Source: Macrostomum lignano (Eukaryota). Taken from it: DNA of 64,000 bases. Of the stretch, positions 21,651-33,900 are shown piece by piece. A program made the translations under genes and the position numbers. How positions within the stretch are numbered: position 1 is the first letter of the stretch; each line of letters begins with the position of its first letter. The DNA lies in assembly GCA_002269645.1 (NCBI GenBank), contig NIVC01000051.1, forward strand, positions 1 through 64,000, in the 5' to 3' direction. Below the pieces are notes generated by a model. It had not been told where the DNA came from, searched no databases, and saw nothing but the letters and a program-made list of their open reading frames with translations.

Positions 21651-21919
21651 ATGGATGACGTCAGCTCGATTGGCTCTGCTTCTACGGCGGACGAATTTTG
21701 TGTTGTAAACGCGGATCCAACTGTGAGGCGGCACTGCGATTCCGGTAACTTTCAGTCCAGCATGACCGAAGCCATGGCTGATACGAACTCTGCTGCCGCC
21801 GCCGCTGCTGCCGCCCCAGTTGTCAAGGACAACCCATTTAACAATAGCGCTCTTGACGATGACGGAGATAACATTGGCGATCGAGATGCTGGAGGTGCTG
21901 CGTTTTCATCGAAAGAGCA
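21651..21919 (+). CDS. RABGAP1: RABGAP1 coding exon 1
   Basis: ATG at 21651; donor CA|GTGAGT, phase 2. Confidence 0.75.
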
Positions 21920-24900
21920 GTGAGTTTCGGGTGTTTTTTTTGCTACATTTGCTTAACGTCTCTTAGAGCAAAGATGCTATATTACTGTAATGTATGTAGA
22001 GGTAACTACATGTATGTAATGTATGCTGTAATGTAGGCGTCACTCAATCTGGATTTATCCCACTCCTACAGATAAGTATCTAGATTTATCCCACTACTAT
22101 AGGGATGAGGATCTAGATTTATCCCACTACTATAGGGATGAGGATCTAGATTCATCCCACTTCTATAAGGATGAGGGCCTAGATTTATCCCACTCCTATA
22201 AAGGTTGAGGATCTAGATTTATCCCAGTCCTATAGAGATGAGGATCTATATTTATCCCACTCCTATAGAGATGAAGATCTAGATTTATCCTACTCCTATA
22301 GCGACGAGGATCTAGATTTATCCCACTGCTATAGTGATGGGTATCAGCCTCATTAATTGCTGTTCGTGTATAAAAATTGGCCTATTGTGGCTTGCTGCTG
22401 CAATTCTCGCCCATGTAGGGCCAACCCCCAAACTCACAGAGGTTTGTACACTACTTGCGATAAAAATAAGCCAGAGCCGCTGATAATGTACACCCTGTGT
22501 GAGCGCCTGTACCTGAGTACTTTTTTGAGCTATCTATGTGCCTTATCTATCTATATAATATGGAATATCGTGGCGGTGTACAGAGATATCGAAGAAGCTC
22601 CGGACGGTGCCAGAACTCCGACTGCTTCTTCGTTGAACCTGGACAGCGGCGGCCAGGAGGGCATCAGCTATTGCGACATGCTCTACCTCGGCTCTGTGTC
22701 GGTGTCTCGCGCTCGTGACGAAGACGAAATCCAGCGCTATTTGAGCCAGTGCGACACTGCCCAGGCTAAACCGGCTAGCATATTTGTGCCGTACACTAAC
22801 CGGGGCAGCGTGCGGGTGCTGGACCAGTCCGATAAGCGGCTGCTATTAGAAGAGCACCCGGTCACGTCTATAGCTTACTGTTGCGTTGGCCGTGGCCACG
22901 GCTTGATTAAACGTTTCGCTTTCACTGTTAGCGAGGCTATGAAATCTGGCGAACTGCAGCAGCAGCAACAGCAGCGAGTTGTGATGCTGTACGCTCCATC
23001 CGATGCAGCAGCTTTGTCTGTTGTTAACCAGATGGCTCAAGCGTTTCGGTTAGTTGCTTAACTATTAATATCTGTATATGTATATGCCCAAGGAATTGGG
23101 ATAATTGAGGATTATGGAGTTTTTTGGGAATTGGGATAATTGGAAGATTATACAGTTTTCAGGGAATTGGGATAATTGAAGATTATGGATTCTTTTGGGA
23201 ATTGGGATAATTGAGGATTATACAGTTTTTAGGGAAGTGGGATAATTGAGGATTATAGAGTTTTTTGGGAAATAGGATAATTGAGGATTATGGAGTTTTG
23301 TGAATTGGGATAATTGAGGATTATGGAGTTTTTTGGGAATTGGGATAATTGAGGATTATTGATCTTTTGGGAATTGGGATAATCGAGGATTATACAGTTT
23401 TTAGGGAATTGGGATAATTGAAGATTATGGATTCTTTTGGGAATTGGGATAATTGAGGATAAATGATTTTTTGGGAATTGGGATAACTGAGGATTACGGA
23501 TTTTTGAGAATTGGGATAATTGAGGATTAAGGACTTTTGTGAATTATGGAATTATCATAATTAGGGATTATGAATTTTGGGCAAAGGGATTATTAAGAAT
23601 TTTGGATTATGAGAATAGTTTTTATTGTTTGTTTAATTTTATACTTGTTTTATATTTCTTCAAGGTCCTATGATTTACCGGATTCTGGTACACAGCTGCA
23701 TCAGCAGCAGCAGGATCAGCAGCCCGATCTGCGGCCTTGCCTCGGCCTTCGCCTCCTAGTTGACATCCAAGAGCAGGACGGCAAAGGCGCTTGGAGCTCT
23801 GTGCCGGTGGATGATAAATATGATTTTAAGGTAACTATTTTAACTAGATAAAAAGTTGAATTGCTTTCAGGTCTTGGCATTGTTGGGTTATAAATAGAGA
23901 AAGTGTCAAGAAAAGCGCCAAAATCAAGCTAGACAAGCGCCAACCAATACCAAGCTAGACATGCGCTAGAATCAAGCTAAAATCACGTAGCCAAAATCAA
24001 GCTAGACAAGCGCCAACCAATATCAAGCTAGACATGCGCTAGAATCAAGCTAAAATCACGTAGCCAAAATCAAGCTAGAGAAGAGCGCCAAAATCAAGCT
24101 AAAGAAGAGCGCCAAAATCAAGCTAAAGAAGAGCGCCAAAATCAAGCTAGACAGCGCCAAAATCAAGCTAAACAAGAGCGCCAAAATCAAGCTAAAGAAG
24201 AGCGCCAAAATCAAGCTAAACAAGAGCGCCAAAATCAAGCTAAAGAAGAGCGCCAAAATCAAGCTAAAGAAAAGCGCCAAAATCAAGCTAAACAGCGCCA
24301 AAATCAAGCTAAAGAAGAGCGCCAAAATCAAGCTAAACAAGAGCGCCAAAATCAAGCTAAATAAGAGCGCAAAAATCAAGCTAGAAAGCGCCAAAATCAA
24401 GCTAGAGAAGAGCGCCAAAATCAAGCTAGAGAAGAGCGCAAAAATCAAGCTAGAGAAGAGCGCCAAAATCAAGCTAGAGAAGAGCGCAAAAATCAAGCTA
24501 GAGAAGAGCGCCAAAATCAAGCTAAAGAAGAGCGCCAAAATCAAGCTAGACAAGCGCCAAAATCAATCTAAACAAGCGCCAAAATCAAGCTAAAGAAGAG
24601 CGTCAAAATCAAGCTAGACAAGCGCCAAAATCAATCTAGACAAGCGCCAAAATCAAGCTAAACAAGCGCCAAAATCAAGCTAGACAAGCGCCAAAATCAA
24701 GCTAGACAAGCGCCAAAATCAAGCTAAAGAAAAGCGCCAAAATCCAGCCAATACCGAATGAGTCTCCATCTCCCCTCTATCTCTGTCTCCCCCCCCTCAC
24801 TGCCATTACTCAGGTGCGCCAGTCTCACCCTAAGCGACTGCACCTGACTGTACAACAGACCGCCGGCAGAAAAGTGAACATCAGCCGTTGCTTTGGTCTG

Positions 24901-27900
24901 CTATTAAGAGTTGGCAGTCAGCCAGACGCCGTCTGCCTGCCGCTGTCTATGGGCCCAGATTCCGACGGATATTCCGTGTGCGCCGTGTGGCCAGGCGCCG
25001 AGGCGCTGGTCGCTTCGGATCAGCTGATCTCATTAAGACTGTGCGTCGACCTCGTGTTGGAAGCTATCTCGGACCCGTTGAGGCTAAAGTGAGTACGGAG
25101 TGTTTATTACGGATGTTGGTCTGACTTCTGAACTAAGTGGGATAAATTATTTATCTCACTCCTATTGGGATGAGGATCTAGATTTATCCCACTCCTATAG
25201 GGATAAGGATCTAGATTTATCCCACTCCTATAGAGATGAGGATCTAGATTTATCCCTCTGCTATAGGGATGAGGATCTAGATTTATCCCACTCCCCTATA
25301 GGGATGAGGATCTATATTTATCCAACTCCTATAAGGATGAGGATCTATATTTATCCCACTGCTTATAGGAATGAGGATCTATGTTTATCCCACTCCTATA
25401 GGGATGAGGATCTATATTTATCTCACTCCTATAGGGATGAGGATCTATATTTATCTCACTCCTATAGGGATGAGGATCTAGATTTATCCCACTCCTATAG
25501 GGATGAGGATCTATATTTATCCCACTCCCCTATAGGGATGAGGATCTATATTTATCCCACTGCTATAGGGATGAGGATCTATGTTTATCCAACTCCTATA
25601 AGGATGAGGATCTAGATTCATTTCGAATCCTAAAATCTCAGAATCCAGATCCACCCGGCCACTGCCCCATCAGGTACGACGCCCTGATCAGAGTGTACCG
25701 GCCGGAGGAGCGATTCTGGCTGGCCTCGCTGACCAGCAATCTGCAGCAACGCCGCCTGCCGGGCCGCAGCTTCGTGTTCCGGCACCAGAACAGCGCCCTG
25801 GTGAATGAGAACAGCGCTTCGGACACTGACTCGGATGATAATGACCCTTTACCGTCCGGTTCCGGCCAGGTGTCCAAGGAGATCACGGATGCCGAGCTCA
25901 CAGACGAATGGGTGGCTGTTATCAACCGATGGCAACGTGAGCAGACTGCTCAAGCTCCGTCTAGCGTTAGACGATTAGTTCGACGCGGCGTGCCTGAGTC
26001 GCTTCGGCCTCAGGTGTGGAGTCTGTTGGGCAGATCGCAACAGGCCAGCCCTGTCACTGCCGACTACAGCGATCTGAGCTGCAAGGATGCGCCTGAGATT
26101 GAGGCCGCTATTGCCAGGTTTGGAAATAGTAGTATTGGAGTAACTGTTGCGTGAGATTCTCATTGAGGTAGGCGTGAGATTCTCATTGAGGTAGGCGTGA
26201 GATTCTCATTGAGGTAGGCGTGAGATTCTCATTGAGGTAGGCGTGAGATTCTCATTGAGGTAGGCGTGAGATTCTCATTGAGGTAGGCGTGAGATTCTCA
26301 TTGAGGTAGGCGTGAGATTCTCATTGAGGTAGGCGTGAGATTCTCATTGAGGTAGGCGTGAGATTCTCATTGAAATAGATGTGAGATTCTCCTTCAGATA
26401 GATGTGAGATTCTCATTGAGATAGATGTGAGATTCTCATTGAGGTAGGCGTGAGATTCTCATTGAAATAGATGTGGGATTCTCCTTCAGATAGATGTGAG
26501 ATTCTCATTGAGATAGATGTGAGATTCTCATTGAGATGGACGTAAGATTCTCATTGAGATAGATGTGAGATTCTCATTGAGGTGGGCGTGAGATTCTCAT
26601 TGAGATAGATGTGAGATTCTCCTTCAGATAGATGTGAGATTCTCATTGAGATAGATGTGAGATTCTCATTGAGATAGATGTGAGATTCTCATTGAGATAG
26701 ATGTGAGATTCTCATTAAGATAGATGTTAGATTCTAATTGAGATAAATATGAGATTCTCATTGAGATAAATGTTAGATTCTCATTGAGATAGATGTTAGA
26801 TTCTCATTGAGATAGATGTGAGATTCTCATTAAGATAGATTTTAGATTCCCATTAGGATAGATGTTAGATTCTAATTGAGATAGATGTGAGATTCTCTTT
26901 GAGATAGATGTGAAATTCTCTTTGAGATAGATGTGAGGTTCTCATTCTAATAGATGTGAGATTCTCTTTGAGATAGATGTGAGATTCTCATTAGGATAGA
27001 TGTTAGATTCTTATTGAGATAGCTTTTAAATAATTATTGAGCTAGCTGTTAGATTCTCATTGAGATGGACGTGAGATTCTCATTAAGATAGATGTGAGAT
27101 TCTCATTGAGATAGATGTGATTCTAATTGGGATAGACGTGGTTGTTATTATTTTTTATTCTAATAAAGAGTGCGATAGTCATGAATACTCTAGCATGAAA
27201 CCTCGAATAAATCCCTGCAGAGACATCAGTCGAACGTACACAGCCTGCCCAGACTTTGCCGAGGGCGGAGCTAAACGGGAAGATCTGGCGCGATTGAGCA
27301 AAGCATACGCTCTGTATGACCCAGCTGTGGGCTACTGCCAGGTAGGGTGTGCGTTTCTTGTGCTCTGACTACTCAATCGTGTTTACTCGACCCAATCTAC
27401 TCAATCCTGTCCTGCCTGCTCAATCCTGTCTACTCAATCTTTTCTGCTCAATCCTGTCTACTCAATCGCGTCTACTCAATCGTGTCTGCTCAATCCTGTC
27501 TACTCAATCGTGTCTGCTCAATCGTGTCTGCTCAATCGTGTCTACTCAATCGTGTCTGCTCAATCCTGTCTACTCAATCGTGTCTGCTCAATCCTGTCTA
27601 CTCAATCGCGTCTACTCAATCGTGTCTGCTCAATCCTGTCTACTCAATCGTGTCTGCTCAATCCTGTCTACTTAATCCTGTCTACCTAATCTTGTCTACT
27701 CAATCCTGACTACTCAATCCTGTCTGCTCAATCCTGTCTGCTCAAGCATGTCTACCTAATCTTGTCTACTCAATCCTGTCTACTTAAGCATGTCTACTCA
27801 ATCCTGTCTACTCAATCGTGTCTGCTCAATCCTGTCTACTTAATCCTGTCTACCTAATCTTGTCTACTCAATCCTGACTGCTCAATCCTGTCTACTCAAG

Positions 27901-30900
27901 CATGTCTACCTAATCCTGTCTACTCAATCCTGTCTACTCAATCCTGTCTGCTCAATCCTGTCTACTCAATCCTGTCTGCTCAATCCTGTCTACTCAATCC
28001 TGTCTACTCAATCCTGTCTACTTAATCCTGACTACTCAATCCTGTCTGCTCAATCCTGACTACTCAATCCTGTCTGCTCAATCCTGACTACTCAATCCTG
28101 TCTGCTCAATCCTGTCTACTCAAACATGTCTACCTAATCTTGTCTACTCAAGCATGTCTACTCAATCCTGTCTGCTCAATCCTGTCTACTCAATCCTGTC
28201 TACCTAATCTTGTCTACTCAATCCTGTCTACTCAATCCTGTCTGCTCAATCGTGTCTACTCAAGCATGTCTACTCAATCCTGTCTGCTCAATCGTGTCTA
28301 CTCAAGCATGTCTACTCAATCCTGTCTGCTCAATCGTGTCTACTTAAGCATGTCTACTCAATCCTGTCTGCTCAATCCTGTCTACTCAATCCTGTCTACT
28401 CAATCCTGTCTGCTCAATCGTGTCTACTCAAGCATGTCTACTCAATCCTGTCTGCTCAATCGTGTCTACTCAAGCATGTCTACTCAATCCTGTCTACTCA
28501 AGCATGTCTACCTAATCTTGTCTACTCAATCCTGTCTACTCAATCCTGTCTGCTCAATCGTGTCTACTCAAGCATGTCTACTCAATCCTGTCTGCTCAAT
28601 CGTGTCTGCTCAAGCATGTCTACTCAATCCTGTCTACTCAATCGTGTCTGCTCAATCCTGTCTACTTAATCCTGTCTACCTAATCTTGTCTACTCAATCC
28701 TGACTGCTCAATCCTGTTTTCTCAAGCATGTCTACCTAATCCTGTCTACTCAATCCTGTCTACTCAATCCTGTCTGCTCAATCCTGTCTACTCAATCCTG
28801 TCTGCTCAATCCTGTCTACTCAATCCTGTCTACTCAATCCTGTCTACTTAATCCTGACTACTCAATCCTGTCTGCTCAATCCTGACTACTCAATCCTGTC
28901 TGCTCAATCCTGACTACTCAATCCTGTCTGCTCAATCCTGTCTACTCAAACATGTCTACCTAATCTTGTCTACTCAAGCATGTCTACTCAATCCTGTCTG
29001 CTCAATCCTGTCTACTCAATCCTGTCTACTCAATCCTGTCTACTCAATCCTGACTACTCAATCCTGTCTGCTCAATCCTGTCTACTTAATTCTGTCTGCT
29101 CAATCCTGTCTACTCAAGCATGTCTACCTAATCTTGTCTACTCAATCCTGTCTACTCAATCCTGTCTGCTCAATCGTGTCTACTCAAGCATGTCTACTCA
29201 ATCCTGTCTGCTCAATCGTGTCTACTCAAGCATGTCTACTCAATCCTGTCTGCTCAATCGTGTCTACTTAAGCATGTCTACTCAATCCTGTCTATTCAAT
29301 CCTGTCTACTCAATCCTGTCTACTCAATCCTGTCTACTCAATCCTGTCTACTCAATCCTGTCTGCTCAATCGTGTCTACTTAAGCATGTCTACTCAATCC
29401 TGTCTGCTCAATCCTGTCTACTCAAGCATGTCTACCTAATCCTGTCTACTCAATCCTGTCTGCTCAATCGAGTCTACTCAAGCATGTATACCCAACGGTG
29501 CCCAGCAAATGACGCAGTCCAGTCTAGCCTATATGTACTTCAATAATGCAGCCACTTTCCTCCCATCCGCAGGGCATGTCATTCCTAGGCGCGGCCCTGC
29601 TACTCCAACTACCCGAGGAGGAGGCATTCGAACTGCTAGTACAAATCATGTACGATTACGGAGTACGAAAAATGTTCACGGCCGGTTTCGAAGGCCTACA
29701 ACTGAGATTTTATCAGTTGGACGCCCTGCTGAAGCAGCACTGTCCGGAGGTTTTTTCGCATTTCAAACGGCTGGGCTGCGAGCCGCACATGTACGCCAGC
29801 CAATGGTTTCTAACGTTGTTCACTTCCAAGTTTCCGCTGACCGCTGTCAACCGGGTTCTGGACGTGTTCCTGTCTGAGGGCGACTCAGCTCTGCTCAAAT
29901 TGGCCGTGGCGCTGCTCACGAAAGCTAGGCCGGATCTGCTTGGCAAAGATTTTGAAAGTGTTATGCGATACTTCCGCGTCAGCCTGCCTAAGGCTTATAG
30001 GTAGGTTTTGGGAAGGGGTCAGATTGATCAGTTTCTAGTGGTAGAAGTACTCTTAGGTTTGATAAAGTAGGTCAGGGTAGATAAAGTGGGTCAGGGTAAA
30101 TAAAGTAGGTCAGGGTAGATAAAGTAAATCAGGGTAGATAAAGTAGGTCAGGGTAGATAAAGTAAATCAGGGTAGATAAAGTAGGTCAGGGTAGATAAAG
30201 TAGGTGAGGGTTGAGGGTAGATAAAGTAGGTCGGGGTAGATAAAGTAGGTCGGGGTAGATAAAGTAGGTCAGGGTAGGTAAAGTAGGTCAGGGTAGATAA
30301 ATTAGGTCGGGGTAGATAAAGTAGGTCGGGGTAGATAAAGTAGGTCGGGGTAGATAAAGTAGGTCAATGGTAGATAAAGTAGGTCAATGGTAGATAAAGT
30401 AGGTCAGGGTAGATAAAGTAGGTCAGGGTAGATAAAGTAGGTCGGGCTAGATAAAGTAGGTTAAAGGTAGATAAAGTAGGTCAAAGGTAGATAAAGTAGG
30501 TCGAGCTAGATAAAGTAGGTTAAAGGTAGATAAAGTAGGTCAAAGGTAGATAAAGTAGGTCAGGGTAGATAAAGTGGGTCAGGGTAGATAAAGTAGGTCA
30601 GGGTAGATAAAGTAGGTCAGGGTAGATAAATTAGGTCGGGCTAGATAAAGTAGGTTAAAGGTAGATAAAGTAGGTCAAAGGTAGATAAAGTAAATCAGGG
30701 TAGATAAAGTAGGTCAGGGTAGATAAAGTAAATCAGGGTAGATAAAGTAGGTCAGGGTAGATAAAGTAGGTGAGGGTTGAGGGTAGATAAAGTAGGTCAG
30801 GGTAGATAAAGTAGGTGAGGGTTGAGGGTAGATAAAGTAGGTCGGGGTAGATAAAGTAGGTCAGGGTAGGTAAAGTAGGTCAGAGTAGATAAAGTAGGTC

Positions 30901-33900
30901 AGGGTAGATAAATTAGGTCGGGGTAGATAAAGTAGGTCAGGGTAGATAAAGTAGGTCGGGGTAGATAAAGTAGGTCAATGGTAGATAAAGTAGGTCAATG
31001 GTAGATAAAGTAGGTCAATGGTAGATAAAGTAGGTCAGGGTAGATAAAGTAGGTCAGGGTAGATAAAGTAGGTCGGGCTAGATAAAGTAGGTTAAAGGTA
31101 GATAAAGTAGGTCAAAGGTAGATAAAGTAGGTCTGGCTAGATAAAGTAGGTTAAAGGTAGATAAAGTAGGTCAAAGGTAGATAAAGTAGGTCAGGGTAGA
31201 TAAAGTGGGTCAGGGTAGATAAAGTAGGTCAGGGTAGATAAAGTAAATCAGGGTAGATAAAGTAGGTCAGGGTAGATAAAGTAGGTGAGGGTTGAGGGTA
31301 GATAAAGTAGGTCAGGGTAGATAAAGTAGGTGAGGGTTGAGGGTAGATAAAGTAGGTCGGGGTAGATAAAGTAGGTCAGGGTAGGTAAAGTAGGTCAGAG
31401 TAGATAAAGTAGGTCAGGGTAGATAAATTAGGTCGGGGTAGATAAAGTAGGTCGGGGTAGATAAAGTAGGTCGGGGTAGATAAAGTAGGTCAATGGTAGA
31501 TAAAGTAGGTCAATGGTAGATAAAGTAGGTCAGGGTAGATAAAGTAGGTCAGGGTAGATAAAGTAGGTCGGGCTAGATAAAGTAGGTTAAAGGTAGATAA
31601 AGTAGGTCAAAGGTAGATAAAGTAGGTTAAGGTAGATATAGTAGTTCAGGGTAGATAAAGGTCAGGGTAGATAAAATAGGTCAAGGGGAGATAAAGTAGG
31701 TCAGGGTAGATGAAGTAGATCGGGCTAGATAAAGTAGGTCAAGGTAGATATAGTAGTTCAGGGTAGATAAGGAAGGTCAGGGTAGATAAAGTAGGTTAGA
31801 TAAATAAGTAGTTTAGGGTAGATAAAGTAGGTCAGGTTAGATATAGTAGGTCAGTGTAGATATAGTAGGTCAAGGTAGATAAAGTAGGTTTGGGTACATG
31901 TAGACAAAGTAGGTCAGGGTAGATAAAGTAGATCTGGGTAGATAAAGTAGGTCTGAATAATCTTAGTGCTCTGTAAGGTAGGTCATTATTAATGTAAGAT
32001 CGCAATTACAGCCTCGCACATTCCCAGTTAATTAATTATGCTAATAAAAAATCACATTTAGATCGACAGAGGCCGTAGAAGACCTGGTGAGTCGGGCCCT
32101 CAGTCTGAAAGGCATTTCAACTAAACGCCTGGACAAACTGTCTAAAGAATTTCAAGCCGAACAGGAGGCTGGCAAGGAGAGAACCAGAGATTACCGATCG
32201 GATTGCATGCGACTGCAAGAGGAGAATGACTGTCTGGCTAGGGAGCTGCTGCACTCGCAGACCCAGAATCGGATGCAGCAAGATTTGGTAAGCTGCACTG
32301 CACTGCCTGTGTGCTTCTCAGTTGTGCTTTTTTCAATATTACGCATTTTTAGCATATTTGTCGTGTGTTTGACTTGCTTCTGCTGGTGTGTATGTAGCAA
32401 ATGTCAAAGCATTTTTGTTTTAGTTTTAGCTTTTTGCTTTGATTTAAATATGCTTTGATATTTTGTTACTGGGATGTCTGGAATGAATGTGAGATTAAGG
32501 GTGGGATAGATGTGAGATTAAGGGTGGGATAGATGTGAGATTAAAAGTGAGATAGATGTTGGATTAAGGGTGAGATAGATTTGGGATTAAGGTGGGATGG
32601 ATGTGAGATTAAGGGTGGGATAGATGAGAGATTAAGAGTGAGATAGATGTGGGATTAAGGGTGAGATAGATGTGGGATTAAGGGTTAGATAAATGTGAGA
32701 ATTAGGGTGGGATAGATGTTTGCTTAAGGGTGAGATAGATGTGGGATTAAGGGTGAGATAGATGTGAGATTAAGGGTGAGATAGATGTGAGATTAAGGGT
32801 CCAATAGATATGGCATTAAGGATGAGATCGATATGATATAAATGTGAGATTAAGGGTGAGATAGATATGAGATACATGCGAGATTAAGGTTGGTGTAGAT
32901 TGAGATTTAGGTGGGATATATATGAGATTTAGGATGAGATAGATGTAAGATTAAGGGTGGGGTATATTGAGATTTAAGGTAAGATAGCTATGAGATTAAG
33001 GGGGTATATGAGACTAAGGGTTGGATAGATGTGAGATTAAGGGTGAGATAAGAGAAAAGAGCAGATAAGAGATATCGGTGGAATTGATGTGAGAACTAGA
33101 TTTAAGCTTTTTTTGCTTAGACATGGAATCTGTTTCTGGAATATATGTTACACACAATCTTAATCAAATAAATCTCAGTTATTTTTAGTTAATCTTTAAT
33201 CTGTTTATTAAGTTCCTATTCTATAATCATAAGTGTTCTTACGGGAATACCGCATGTTATATAATAGATTTATGCTGCTCATATATTAATCTTCATTATT
33301 AATATCCCTAATCAAGTCTGTCTATAACAAATTTGTACTTTTATTTCTCAAAACACAGTTTTCAGACTATAAAATGCTGGTAAGTAGATTGCAATAAGTT
33401 ATTTTATTCTTTTAAACTTGCCATTAAACACCAATTAGTAAGTATTTTGTTTTAATGGTTTCATTAATTTTTTATGTTTTGCAAGTTGGAATCGTAGCAT
33501 AATTTCAGAAGGGTAAAATTTTTTTATTTTTAAATTTTAAAAGTTGCGTTCATTATTCTTCAATGTTCCATACTTGCTACTGCTTCTACATCTTAGCAGG
33601 AAAAAGTTGTCAGTAGCATAGTTGGAACACTTGATTTTTTATTAAGGTTACAGGAATTCGTTATTTTTCGGTGTTTGGCTTTTAATTTTTTTATTAGGAT
33701 GACAGTTTTAACGAGAGAAGGTTGTAAACTGCGCATTTATTTACTAAACTAATAGTATATGTTTGGGCTATACGCTAAGCATACTACTGCATTAATGTAC
33801 ACTTGTACTAATATAATGTACTAATGCTTATCTTCTACAAAGGAGTTAGCGCCAGTACTGTACACACGCTCACGTAGTTTTTATACATCACATTTTTTTA

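Noticed and set aside
26150-31950. CRISPR-like arrays
   Set aside because: Head-to-tail units without unique spacers, inside eukaryotic introns, and no cas genes.
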